IMG/VR virus record: IMGVR_UViG_3300035158_000222
Coordinates: 1-64,000 of that record
DNA length: 64,000 bases
Direction: 5' to 3' (one strand)
Source of the DNA: a virus
The notes under the pieces were generated by a model, which had not been told where the DNA came from, ran no database searches, and saw only the letters and a list, made by a program, of their open reading frames with translations. Both the position numbers and the translations under genes were made by a program. Positions 42,654-55,200 of this stretch are shown piece by piece. Each line of letters begins with the position of its first letter. Positions within the stretch are counted from its first letter, which is position 1.

Positions 42654-45251
42654 TTAAGCTTCTCGAAGCCTGACCTGTAATCGGTCAGAGCCTCTACCAT
42701 CAAGTGACTGCTTGGTTTGACTAGGAGAGCCGGACTCCATAATCACGGTATGGATATCTGATCCAACCATGACATAGCTTTCGGCACTCTTAATCTCAAG
42801 GTCATTGCGAGGCTCCATATCGTGCGCGCTGCGACTATCCTCCTGGTCCCTATGGACAGAGCACGAGTAATCGCCTAGGCCATCGAAATAGTCGGAGACC
42901 TCTTTGATAGTTTTATCTTTATAGACGTAGCTGGTATCAGGTGTACCATCTACGGCCGTAGATATCAGATAATTGGTTCTATCTATCGTACAGATGCATG
43001 ATGTCCCTGCACCGTCATAGCTTAGTTTCAGCCCAACCTCACTATTATTATCAGGACCTATGAAGTTCAGGACCTGCTTGAGGCCCGCGCTTGCATTAAG
43101 ATCGCTTATGATTTCCTCTCTTGTTCTCGGGAATTCCCTGTCCTTATATAGGACCTGTTTGTCACCAAGATTATCTTCAAGCCAGTCTTCTGCCAGAATG
43201 GTAAAGTTGAATGATCTCTTAACTAGAACATCCTCTGACGGTTTCTCCAGAATGTATTTCCAGAGAAGATCAGTGACTACCGGAGTCTTGTCAGTATCTG
43301 TTGTCTCAAGAGTATTCTTGATTTGAATTCTGTTTCCTACGGTCGGATTAGGAAGTTCGTATACGCTCTCTGCGGTAGAGCCATCACCACTGTATACACT
43401 TGAGTCTGTCCAGCTGGAACCTATGGCAGCCGAACAGTCTGTGTCTTTTCTAAATGATAGTTTCGAAGTTGTATCTGTCGGGAACGCATCGTATATCACA
43501 GATACATTCGAATAGAGCTTCATGATCTTCACGAGGTTCTCGTCGATTATAGATGTGACATAGTATCCGCTCGACACATGGGGTCCGTCAACCTTATTGA
43601 ATGTTTCCCATGTATTGTCTGAATAGAAGATAAATACTTTCTCCGGATCCCAGCCTGCCATATGTACAGGTTCCTTCGCCAGTTGCTTCACGATCCACCA
43701 GTATTTAGGCTGACCCTGGTAGTTCAGGTTCGCGCGCAATAAATACCAAGTGCTGCCATCATTAGATACACATGCGTATACATCGTTACCAGAGGTATGT
43801 ATGTGCCGGCCAGACTTAAAGGTGAACCCTTCCTCTAGGTGTGTAAAAGCTGTGGGGAAAAGCTGTGAACCATCTGTGTAAAAGATACCCTGTTCTTCTA
43901 CTGTAAATATTGCGAAAGCATTCCATCGCTCCATTCCTCTGAAGTTATTGGCGTTTATGTAGTCAGGAAAGTGCCAGATATTAAGTCCGGAGCTTCCACC
44001 TACGAATGCCCACAGTCCTCTATCGGTACCGGCTATAAAGCTCTTAGGAATAGCTGTTGCATTTAATACAGTACCTTCTCCGCTTGGCACTACCCACAGT
44101 GGATCAGGCGGCTCTGGAGTCCAGTTATATCCGTCAGTAGATTGTCTGATACCATCATTGAACCAGCCGAATGCGTAGTCTGACTCAACCATTACGTAAT
44201 AGAGCTTATCTATGGTATCTCTCTTAAGAACAAACTGGAAGTCACTATTGTCCCTGTCCTCCCATTCTGTGGTATAGGTTAATGCATTACCTTCTGCATA
44301 GGCAGCTTTAGATCCGTCAGTCCTGCCCCAATGGTAGCAGTTAGAGCTATCTCCTCCGGAGTATGTAGCATGGATAAAGTATTTTAGTCCGGCCCTCAGA
44401 TCAAACTGTGTGGTATTATACGGAGCTTTTTCAACCCATGTATATGTCCCGCTGACATCACCGGGTGCTATATTGAAGTGAGTTACTTCAGCTGAAGTAT
44501 CGGGTAGGCCTCTGTTCTCCGTGTCTTCTTCGTAGATAGTCACCACTAGATTCCCTGGAGGAGAACCTGTTTTTCTTAATTTGAGTCCTAATGTATAGAA
44601 AGTATCCCCGCTCATGGGGACCCTGAATGACTGCGCGAATTGAGATCCGCTATGTATATGAGTATCTGTATCTGGTGTATGGTCAAAATCCGGTAGAGGG
44701 AACTGGGTCGATATTGCAATCTTCGTCCATGTATCACCCGAGTCTGGGGTTTCATTTACGTACGTAAAGCCGTTCCCCAGTGCTGCAAATAGCCTTCCCC
44801 CTATCTCGTAGAATTCTGTAATAGTTTTATCCGTATCTGTAATTGTATGAACTATACTAAAACTTGTACCGTTCGTGGATTTGATGATATGGCCCTGGTC
44901 GTCACCCAGATAGAGTTCGTTTCGTCTTCGGTGATGCGCGGTTATATTCCCGATACTGAGTCCGTGAGAGAATGATTCGGTATCGCGCTCTAGTTTATAT
45001 TCACCGGGCTTGGATAGATCAAGGCCCTGGCAGTAGAATCCCATTGCTGGATCTACTAGGAACTTCTGGTTCATCCCCTTAGAGAACTCTGTCATAGCGC
45101 CGACATTCCAGAAGTCCATACTGGAATACTCTCTCCTACCGGTATTCATCCTCGTACCCATAAGAGTAGACGGAGATGACCGGAAGGATCTATCTTCTAT
45201 TTTATAACCCTTGTAGTCTAAATAGACATCAAAGCGGTTTTGTAATTCCAT
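42654..45251 (-). CDS. Putative tail nozzle / tubular protein (beta-propeller-like)
   Basis: 865 aa beta-rich; follows adaptor and ejection-protein genes (positional inference). Confidence 0.55.
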   Translation of the reverse strand: MELQNRFDVYLDYKGYKIEDRSFRSSPSTLMGTRMNTGRREYSSMDFWNVGAMTEFSKGMNQKFLVDPAMGFYCQGLDLSKPGEYKLERDTESFSHGLSIGNITAHHRRRNELYLGDDQGHIIKSTNGTSFSIVHTITDTDKTITEFYEIGGRLFAALGNGFTYVNETPDSGDTWTKIAISTQFPLPDFDHTPDTDTHIHSGSQFAQSFRVPMSGDTFYTLGLKLRKTGSPPGNLVVTIYEEDTENRGLPDTSAEVTHFNIAPGDVSGTYTWVEKAPYNTTQFDLRAGLKYFIHATYSGGDSSNCYHWGRTDGSKAAYAEGNALTYTTEWEDRDNSDFQFVLKRDTIDKLYYVMVESDYAFGWFNDGIRQSTDGYNWTPEPPDPLWVVPSGEGTVLNATAIPKSFIAGTDRGLWAFVGGSSGLNIWHFPDYINANNFRGMERWNAFAIFTVEEQGIFYTDGSQLFPTAFTHLEEGFTFKSGRHIHTSGNDVYACVSNDGSTWYLLRANLNYQGQPKYWWIVKQLAKEPVHMAGWDPEKVFIFYSDNTWETFNKVDGPHVSSGYYVTSIIDENLVKIMKLYSNVSVIYDAFPTDTTSKLSFRKDTDCSAAIGSSWTDSSVYSGDGSTAESVYELPNPTVGNRIQIKNTLETTDTDKTPVVTDLLWKYILEKPSEDVLVKRSFNFTILAEDWLEDNLGDKQVLYKDREFPRTREEIISDLNASAGLKQVLNFIGPDNNSEVGLKLSYDGAGTSCICTIDRTNYLISTAVDGTPDTSYVYKDKTIKEVSDYFDGLGDYSCSVHRDQEDSRSAHDMEPRNDLEIKSAESYVMVGSDIHTVIMESGSPSQTKQSLDGRGSDRLQVRLREA

Positions 45252-45612
45252 ATTTTTTTCTTAGCTTCTTGATGCGCTGGCGCACTCTGTAGTTGTGCAT
45301 CCATACGCGATTGTATTCCTTACGCGATGGGTTGGGAGGCATCTCCCATATCGTGAGGTCTAGCTTCCTTCCCCTTATTCTAATTTCAGTACCCGTGATC
45401 TCTATTACAGGTTTCTTTGGTTTAGGCTTCCAGCCGTTCTTTGGGAGCTTGCTAAGTTCGTCTCTCGGAATCTGTTTAAGATTCTTTTTTCTTCCGAAGC
45501 CAGTCATCTTTGGAGATGGCTTCAGCGAACCGTCTTCCTTGAATACCGGTCCGTACGTTTTCGGATCACGCTTTCTTGCCTCCCTACAGTACTGTTTGTA
45601 AGTTTTTCCCAT
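45229..45612 (-). CDS. Basic hypothetical protein
   Basis: From MGKTYK; K/R rich. Confidence 0.6.
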   Translation of the reverse strand: MGKTYKQYCREARKRDPKTYGPVFKEDGSLKPSPKMTGFGRKKNLKQIPRDELSKLPKNGWKPKPKKPVIEITGTEIRIRGRKLDLTIWEMPPNPSRKEYNRVWMHNYRVRQRIKKLRKKYGITKPL

Positions 45613-45613
45613 G

Positions 45614-46258
45614 TTAGAATACCTTGACAGGATTTGAGTTAGTAAGCTTACGTTTCTCCAGTTCGATCTCTGAAGTAAGATCTCTGTAAATAGCCAGCAG
45701 CTCATAGCTGTTAGCTCTGCCTACCAGAGTTCTGTATCGGTCAAGCTTAATGTTGTCCATTAGAATCCGCATGATTCCTTCCTTCCTGCAGACCTTTCTG
45801 AACAAACCAAACTCTGCCTTATCAAGGTTGATTGAACCATCACCGGCTGTATCCGGAATATTACTTAGCCAATGTATCTCTATCGTAGGATAGGATGAGG
45901 ACGGCTTAAGGTCCTGCTCGGCATAAGTCTTAGGATCCAGTCTCAGCATCTTGAGTTCTTTGTCAAATACCCAGTTGATATACAGCCATCGCTTTCCGTT
46001 AGCGTCAATCAGATACACGTTCTTTATATCCTGCAATCCTTCGTAGGTAGTGGCGCTTGACATATCTATCTCGTGTGTATCTGTATCCACAGTGCTATAC
46101 GCTATCTGTGCAGTATTTACGAACATCACTTCTGGGGATAACTCACTGCCGGTTTGGTTGACAATATCCAACCATTCTGTCGAAGTTACGACTACCATGG
46201 TCGGATCTTTAGTGGCCTGGGCTAGATCTTCTATGAATTTTTTGACAGTAATTGCCAT
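45614..46258 (-). CDS. Putative head-tail adaptor
   Basis: Helix-beta insert-helix layout, size and position. Confidence 0.5.
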   Translation of the reverse strand: MAITVKKFIEDLAQATKDPTMVVVTSTEWLDIVNQTGSELSPEVMFVNTAQIAYSTVDTDTHEIDMSSATTYEGLQDIKNVYLIDANGKRWLYINWVFDKELKMLRLDPKTYAEQDLKPSSSYPTIEIHWLSNIPDTAGDGSINLDKAEFGLFRKVCRKEGIMRILMDNIKLDRYRTLVGRANSYELLAIYRDLTSEIELEKRKLTNSNPVKVF

Positions 46259-46275
46259 ATGTTTACACTTATTAC

Positions 46276-49200
46276 TTATATTTTAGCACGTTCAGGAACT
46301 CTGGTCAAAACCTTCCGGTCTTCCAGAGTATTACTGAATTCCTCGTTCGTGAATGCGATAACGTTTGTTACAATGAATGGATTCACGTCGCCCCAGCCTT
46401 TTAGCGGCTTAGGCAGGGTTGACAATGGGTATCTGCGCATAACTCTCAGTAGTTCTGACCTTAGCAGCGGTAGTTCCTCGAGATCCTTCTGTCTCAGTGC
46501 ATTGACTCTGGCTATTCTGGCTTCCCACCATTGATCCCATTGCGCGTCTGTCCAGACTGATCTGTCTTGCCAAGTGCCTCGCTTCACAAGAATATCCTCT
46601 ACTTGCTTCTTAATATCAAATGGGATATTTTTTCTGAACTTGTTTTGCTGTCTCACAGCCCATGCCTGGTCAGGCCTTTTGTTGTCTTCGATGCGTAAGC
46701 CCTCTTCCATTTGTCTACCTAGGGACAGATAGGACAGGAACTTCTTCTCTGGATGGCGCTTAAAGTATTCATTGCGCAACCAGGATGGTAGCATCTTGAA
46801 ATAATATGTTGACATGAACGTGCCAAACGTTGTGGCCCATGTGCTCATAGCTCTCCCGTACAGCTTGTTTAACAGCCATCTGCCTTCCTCGGTTCTAGTA
46901 TCCGGTACGGCAGGAAGAAGATCTTTGAACTTCTCTGCGCTTCTCCATTGCTTCTGCTCTACAGCTTCGAAGAACTTCTCAGCCTTACTAAACTTGTTGC
47001 GTGTAGTATCGAACTTTGATCTGTCTGTCCAGTATGATGTAGGCATCTTGGATACTTCCCAGTATTCCTCTAGCTCTGGATATCTATCCAGGAATGTCTG
47101 TCTCAATTCGTATTGCTTATCAGAATCTTCGTGCTCGATCTTAAAGTAGGCTCTCTGAAGTAGGCGTATTCTCCGTATCCCCGGAGGAACCTGGAGTAGC
47201 AGATAGCGATCTAAGTCTTCATGTTCTAATAGGAATTCGCGCCTCTCGCTGTCGTAATCGAGGGCGTTGTATTGCTCCATGAGCGTGTCCATAGCCTGCT
47301 GCTTGGGAGTGCGTGTTATTTCCCTATCGGATTTAAACCACTGTTCGAATTCAGGGTTGTCATCAAAATACTTCTGAGCTTTAGCCCGGGCCTCAAAATA
47401 GTCAAGGTAGTACTGCCGACCTTTACCATCAGCCTCGACCTTGTCTATTATCGTATAATATATTTCACGTTGTAAATTAAATGCGACTTCTTCTTCGCTT
47501 ATATCCTTGTCGCGATCCCACCATTCTCTGAGCTTAGGATTCTCTCGCAGGAATTCTCTCCGTTCTTTCCGGCCTTCCCACGACTCTCTGTCTATAGCTT
47601 CGTACTGTTTCCATAGAGTATATGCTTCGATAGCTCCTGGGTTTGCACTATCGTGGCGTAGTCTGTAGTCCTTGTTGGCATCAGAGAAGTAGAACTCAAG
47701 CGCAGCAGCACGTCCGTCTTTCTCTTTGATATTGTTATGATCGTACCAGAACTTGTAGTATCCGACTATTCCCGGCTTATCTCTCTCCCATGCGTCTCTT
47801 TGAGTTTTGTTTTCGGCTTTGAAGAAGTATCCTAACCTGTCTTGGAATTCCTCAAACTCCTGCATCTTAAGAGCCATAGGATAGTATACCTTCCTGTCAG
47901 GGTGGATATCAAAGTATCTGTTCCGGAACCATTCTTCCTGGTCGTATACGAATTGGTAGATAATGCCTGGATCTTTCTCAAACTTGTCAGCTGCGTCTTT
48001 CCATACTCGCTGGTAATCTACTACAGAGTGTACTCCGTCTATCTTCTTGTTCTCATGATAGGTCTCTCTTGCTTTCTTATTCTTTTCTGACCAGAACCAG
48101 ACTGTGGCCAGGTTAGTTCTTTTTCCGGTAAGGAGTTCGTTCTCTTCGTCGCGCTTCTGTAGCTCCAGCCAGGTACGGACATACGGATACGTGATTCGTT
48201 TCCATGTGTTATGTTCCTTACTGAAATAGAATTCTCGGAAGTCATCCCATCCTTTGTTGCCCTTCTTCTGGAAGAACAGGTCGAAATATATCGTACTATC
48301 GTCCACCTCTCTTGCCTTGGTCAGGCCGTCATACAGTTGCTTCAGTTTGTCATAGTAGTTATATGTTCCCGGTCTTCTTCTGTCCCAGGCCTTGAGTGCG
48401 TTCTGATTCTTCCAGATATAATCGTATAGGCCTTTCCAGTCTGCTGGATCGAATCCGGTTTTATCCTGGGTATCTACTATCTTCTGGCGCCTGATATTAG
48501 TCTCCTGTACTAACGGGAAGTACAGTCTAGCATCAGGATTGGAAAGATAGTACCACTTCCTGAACCAGCCAGGCTTGGCATTGAACCAGTTAAAGAAGTC
48601 TGTGTCTTCTTCACGCTCTATGCGCTGAATCATTTCTCCCCACCAATTACCGTATTGTACACGCTTCTCATAGTATTCACGCTGCCACGGCGGCATCTCG
48701 TCAAGATATCTTTGCTTCCACTTAGGTATGCTAAGGATAAGATCTTCTAACCTCTTGTTATATTTATCCCAGTACTTATTAGCTTCCTCATCTGGGAGTT
48801 CGTCTAGGTTATCCGGTAGGGTAGCAAATACCAGAGACATGCGTCCGTAGAAACGCGCATCTTCATCTCGCGCCTGTTCCTGCGCCTCCAGGCCTAGGGC
48901 CTGCCATCTTTGGTAATCAACTTCGGCTTCTTCCTTGTATATTTGAGGATCAAGGAATGTAACTATAGCATCATACTTCTCGAGTATTTTAACAACCTCG
49001 TCAATATTCTTGACTTTCAAGTTTCCAAATTTATCGAATAGTTCAGCGCGCAGCTCCGCCTCCTTGAACGGCTTCTTGAACGGATGTGAGATACCGGCCA
49101 GATTCATTCTGGCTATCTTGTTTTGATCTACATCTCTCGTAGTCGTTAGCATCTTCCTTATGGATGCTTCAACCTGGGCCATCTCGAACTTACGCTTACC

Positions 49201-52200
49201 GAGTATCTGCTTAGACGTAATGCCGTATTGTTTCTCAAGATCATCAAAGTGCTTTTCTACTATGTGCTTGATATCAGGATTCTGTGCCAGCCACACGTCA
49301 CCTGATCCGTCTTTCTCCCACTCCTTCTCGAAGTAGACCTGGATAACAATAAACTTATGAAGATCATATATCTTTTGTTCTTTAGATTTTCCCTTGGCTT
49401 TGTTGATCCGGTCCATCTGCAAGAGCATGTTATATTGCTGGAAGTACTTCCATAGATCCGGGTTCTCTGCCTCAAGTGACCGCTTGAATAGATCTCTCTC
49501 ATGAGGAGGAAGTTTGTTCAATGAGTCCCAAACGAATGCTACGTCCTCGAGCTCAAGATAGTTCAGACCGAACCATTTGAATATAGCCCGCACCTTCTTG
49601 GAATTATACCAGGCAGTACCTCTAAGCTGGACAGCATAATCAGTTTCGAATATTGATTCCATAACTCTTAGCGGAGGAAGGTATGCCATCATGAACGTCA
49701 CAAGAGCACTGGGCTCATCGGAATATGTTAGCTCGTCTGTAAATCTTGAAGCATCTCTCTCTTTGTATCTTCTTTGTTCCTCGGCAAACCAACCATACTT
49801 ACCGAAGTCACGCATAAGCGGACCAGTCTCGTGGAATCCCCTCTTGCCTACAAGCTCGATTCCTCCCGCGAAGAACGGTCCCCACCCGAGAGCGAATGAC
49901 ATCTTTAGCGGATTATCAGCGAACTTCTTCAGCGACTCGAATGGATCTACTATCACCCTTAGGTATTCAAGAACACCAAAGTGAGGCAGTACCCATATCT
50001 TGTCACCGAACGGAACTCTTTCCTTGAACTGGTCAGGCATGTCAGCAGACAGCTTGTCATATGCATCAAGCAGAGCGTTAGAGGCCTGATATACGCCAGG
50101 ACCATACTTGATCATAGCTCCGAGATACAGTCCGATGGACTTAGCAGTAAACGCGTAGAACGGGAAGAATGTTCTGAAGAATCTTCCTGCAAGTGTCAGA
50201 TCACGATAGTCGTATAGGAACTTCTTAACCTTGATCTCTGTCTTGGCCTTATTGAAAGCCTTCCTGTACATCAGGTCATGAGCCATGATTACCCTACGCA
50301 TATTCTCTAGTTGTGCTGCCATGGATACATAGTCCGCGAAGAATACTCTGCCTGCAAGCTTGAGCTTACGCGCAGTTTTTCTGGCTACTACAAAATTGTT
50401 CAAAGGTTCAGAGTCCATGTAATCTCTCAGAACACGTACGTGCCCTTCGGCTTTCTTCGGATCAGCCAGGTACTGCACAAGACCTGCTGATGTAATACTC
50501 TCCCAGTCTCCCAGCTCAATAGCTTCGTTAACCAGGTTCTTATTTCTAGGCTTGATAGACTCCATGTATGCTTTACGTACGCGCTTACTTCTCAGCATTC
50601 CAGGTATACTTCTGGAGTCTTTCTTTGCCTTCAAGTATGCCTCGAGATTGTACACACCAATGTCTGCCTCCTTGCCGATCATTAGCTTAGTGAACTCACG
50701 AACATTGATCAAGTGCTTCTTCATCCGTAATGCAGTTGCCTCTGCCTGTAGCCTACTGATATCAATAAACAGCCTTACATTTCTGGTTCCCATTATTACT
50801 CTCATGGAGTCACCAAGATAGTTCCAGAGTAGCCAGCCCGGTCTCAACATAAGTACTGACCATATGAATGTACTGAATGCTGTCCGCCTTATTGTCTTCT
50901 GTACCTGGTTAACATCCGGTAAGGTCTTTAGGAATAACTTATTGGCCCGCTCATAGTACCTCAGATTTCTCGGCACCTCACCTACAAGCTGTTCGTGAAT
51001 GCCGTTGAACGTATCGTCAAACTCTTGTCTCTGTCTCTCGTGAAGATAGAACATGTGATTAGCCATCTTACGCTTGAAGCTTTCGATAAGTCTGCTAGGC
51101 ATATCGAATTTGAAAACATATCTCTTGATGTTCTTTGATATCTCAATGGCCTGTCTGTGGTGTTCGTCGATCAAACGTTCCTGCCAGTCGAGTAACGGCT
51201 TACCATTATTCTGTTCCATAAACCCCTTTCTTATCTCATCTCTGTATTCTTTCATGGCTGAGTCTATCCCCTTATCGAATTTTTCCTTTAACTCCTGACG
51301 TCCCTTGATAGATGCCCAGTCCACCATGATATCCTTAATAGGTTTCTGGAAGTATGAGTTATGGTACATGTTCATCTTGTCTGTAATAAACCATGGCGGG
51401 AACTTGTTCGGATCACCCATCCACTTGCTGACAGATTCTTGTAGCTCCTGCCTAAGCTTAGCTTTTATGAGCTCTTCGTGCTTTAGAATATTAACAGTAC
51501 CAGGCAGACTAAACTTTTCGTATAGGTCTCTCATCGCCTTGGTTCTGAACTGTCTGGTGGTCGGGAACATCAGGTCAACATGCTTGGCCTTAGTCACCGT
51601 CTTCTTTAACTTGGGGTCGCGCATAGATATCTTAACCGGATTACCGTTACGTATAGCCATGATATTCTTCTCGTTAAAACTCATGAACGCCACCTTGCTA
51701 TTAGGTAGAGATGATACGAATTCGAATACAGCCTTTTCGCCGGGCATCATCTTGACTCCATTGAATACGAACCTTGTTCCATTATTGTATCCATACATGA
51801 TAGCCTTTCTCTGGTCTGGATTCAGGAACGTACTCCGTCCTCCGACTACAAGTATATTAGAACCTCTGACAAACTTCTTATAGTCAGCAGCTTCTCCAAC
51901 GCCCACGTTATGTCTGATCATATCCGCCTCTAATCCAGCCAGCGCCATATCTCTGGCAGATCTCTCGGCTATCTGTGGTCTAGATTCCAATAGAGAGTCA
52001 ATCGTTATATTGCCTTTCTTGTCAACACCGAAGAACTCGGACGCAAAACTATCCGGATCTACGGGGAAGTGACCCGGGAATCCAGGCTTAGGATCGGCTG
52101 CGGCACGCACTATCTGGTCAAAGTCTTCTCTCATTAAGTTGTGCATAGCTCTGTCCTCGGGTAGCATTCCCTTACCATACATAGAATTCTTAAGGTGCCA

Positions 52201-55200
52201 CGGGCTAGCCAGCTCACTACTCTCACCGAATATCCAGATAGCACCACGCTCTTTCATCTTGTCGACCATCTTTGTTACAGCCCTGGCCTCCACATCGTTC
52301 ATACCAAAGCCTTCACCGACTAGGATTCGGCCCAGGTTGTCGGGGTGGAAATCAGGATCTACAATGACAGTCATGTTTTTAATATATCCCCTTACTTCGT
52401 TGGCTTGTCTTATCAGTTCTTCTTTCTGTGCGCCTACCATTCTTGTAGAACGTCTCTCTAGGTCTTTCCGGAAGGAGTCAAGAGTTTCCTTTAGGGTCCC
52501 GCTCATATCGAAGACCACCGGGAAATCCTTCTCCCGCCCAGTCTTTCTGAACAGTCCTTTAATAGCCGCGTGTACTTCCGTCATGCTTCTCGCATTGCCT
52601 ACCTGCACTATATCAGCCTTCATAATTTTTATCTGGCCTAGATCTTTGGCAGACGGTAGCTTGTCGTAGAATTGTTTTTTAATATCTGCTGCAGTAATGC
52701 GCGGCACTTCAGTAGTTGGATGAGTAACGGTCGGGACACCGATTTCCTTCAGGCCCTCTCTTGTTAAGAGTTTGTCGCCCATGTCTGCGATAGCATTGTG
52801 TAGTGCGCCCATCGCGGCTCCCATCTCAGGAGTGATATGTCCCTTGTCCGCCCAGTATACTCCATCTATCGGAATAGGAATATGATTATGTCTGGCTACA
52901 GCCATTGGAATTACAGACTTCTTGATAGCCTTTAGTCTGACCAGAGCCTCTTGATTTGTTCTATAGTTGAATAGTATATCGTTATAGTCTATGTCAGGAT
53001 CGCCTGTCCTTAGAGTTTTCTCCTGTCTCTTCATAGAATCCTGTACTCGCTTTATCTCCCTATCAAGTTCGTCGTAGACATGTCTGGCTATAGTAGTATT
53101 TATGTTCCCATCCTTATCCACAATCTTTCCGTCCGGAGTATCACCGGTCAGAAGGAATCTCTCTACAGACATATCGTGTCTCATTCTATTTTCGACAGCA
53201 GCAAGATCAGTAGAAACTTCGTCTACCTTCTTGTCCAGTTTCTTGATCTTGGCATCTCGTTCTTTCTTGAGTATGTCTATACCATCGCGTATCTGCTTTC
53301 TCTTAACTGTAAACTCTATAGCAGATTCGGCAACGATCTTTCTCATGCCAGCTCTTGCCTTCGGATCTTTTTCTTTATCGATCATCTTCTTAGCTTTCTC
53401 TCTTTGTCTATTGTATAGAGCCTGTCCATCTTCGATAACCTTATACTCACCGTTGATTCGCTTCTCGTAATCTCGCTCTATCTTTCTCGTCTGATTCGAC
53501 AGGTCTTCAAGCTGGTCATTCAAACCTTTGATCTGTTTTCTATAGTCTGCCTTGTCAGACTTATCGTTGACCCACCTAGCCAGATCGTCTGGACCTATCT
53601 TATTCGCAACGTCAAATGCCACTCCAAGATTCTTCACGAGCTCTTCTGCAGAGAAATCTCTGATAGCCTTAGGAAGTTTCTTGGGCTTGAATGCTTCGCG
53701 CGCGGACTTGCTCAGGAGGTGTTTACCTATAACGTTACCACCAACCTGGTTAAGCTTGGACACTTCGGCAGCAGCTTTCGCATCCTCGGACGGACGCCTT
53801 GTGACTTTCCATTCCCAGTCATCAAACTTCTCTCTTGATATAGCTAGCTGTCTCTTTCTATATTCGTCACCCTTCTTGACTATCTTCTTCTTCTTAATCC
53901 GTTCCATGGCACTAGGATTCTCGCCCACATCATCAATCATCTTCTGGAATCTAGGAATAGGACCGTCTGTCATGTCGTCTAGATCAACGCGGATAAGAGG
54001 GGTTCTGGACCATCGAGGAGTTTCGAATGATACCTTAGCGCCCTTAATCTTCTTGAGCTTGGTATAGAATACTCCAGGATTAGCAATGTCTGGTTTTGTC
54101 TCCATTGTCTCCTTGCCGGTTCTTAAATCTACAGTCTTCTTACGCGGACCAACATAATCTCCTCTACCATTGACCCAGTTAGAATGCTCCCTCTGCAATA
54201 ATTTAGAGAATGCTTTTCCCTCTGGAAGCGAAGACTTTATTTCTCCGGACAATATCCCGCTAAATATAGTTGCAGTTGAATCAACTACGTCTGCTAGCAT
54301 CCCAAACTTTCTTAGTTCATCTATGCCACCATGTGCATCTTGCCAGGCAGCATAAGCCTTGTATAGAGCACGCTCTGCCGGAGGAACTTGCTTTTCTAGG
54401 AACTGCTTACCGAACTCGCCTATATTTATCTTGTGTCCTCTCATCATATCCCATATTTCTCTACCAAAATGTTTATAGTTCAGCTCAGCAGATTCTTCTA
54501 CAGTATAGTAAAGCTTGCTTGCGAGACTATTTCCCTCAATAAGATCTGATGCCTTTCCGGTAGGAAGATATACAGACCGGTATCCCTCGGCCTTCTTGTT
54601 GTACAGCGCATGGCGTATTGTAATATCAAACCAGCTATCATAGAGATCGGCATACCGCTTGTACACATCATAGTCCGCGATCTTCCTGCCCTTGACCGCC
54701 TTGTTAGATAGGATATCCATGAATGTAGTTCTGTATCTCTTCTCTTGACCCTGATAGTAATCTATAATCTTCTTCGCAGAGTCCAGGTTTTTATATAGAC
54801 CTCTTTTAAATTCGAGTCTACCTATCTTTACCTTCAGCGTACGACCAGCTTTGAAGTTAGCATTTAGATCAACTATGTTCTTGTAATACTTTCTATCGAG
54901 GTCATACAGTAGCTTACCGGTAGTAGTATCGGTACCAAGGCGCTTTGACTGCTCCTCTACGAATGCTAATACATAGTCTGCCATTGGATCGTGCGGTCCG
55001 AACTGTTTTTTTCTTAGCTTAGAGAGCTCGCCAAGTCTTGGCATAGTTTTTAGTTTACCTGCATCAAGCTTTGAATTCAGCTCTGCTATACCAAGGATAG
55101 TAGCATTAAGATCTCCTCTTGCCTCCGGTTCATACTTATACACGCTGTCTATCCGGCTGAATATACCCTTGTCCTTCGCGCCTGCTATTAAATCAGAAGT

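Noticed and set aside
53114-53122. DnaA box inside the giant gene
   Set aside because: Isolated, no promoter nearby; compatible with chance
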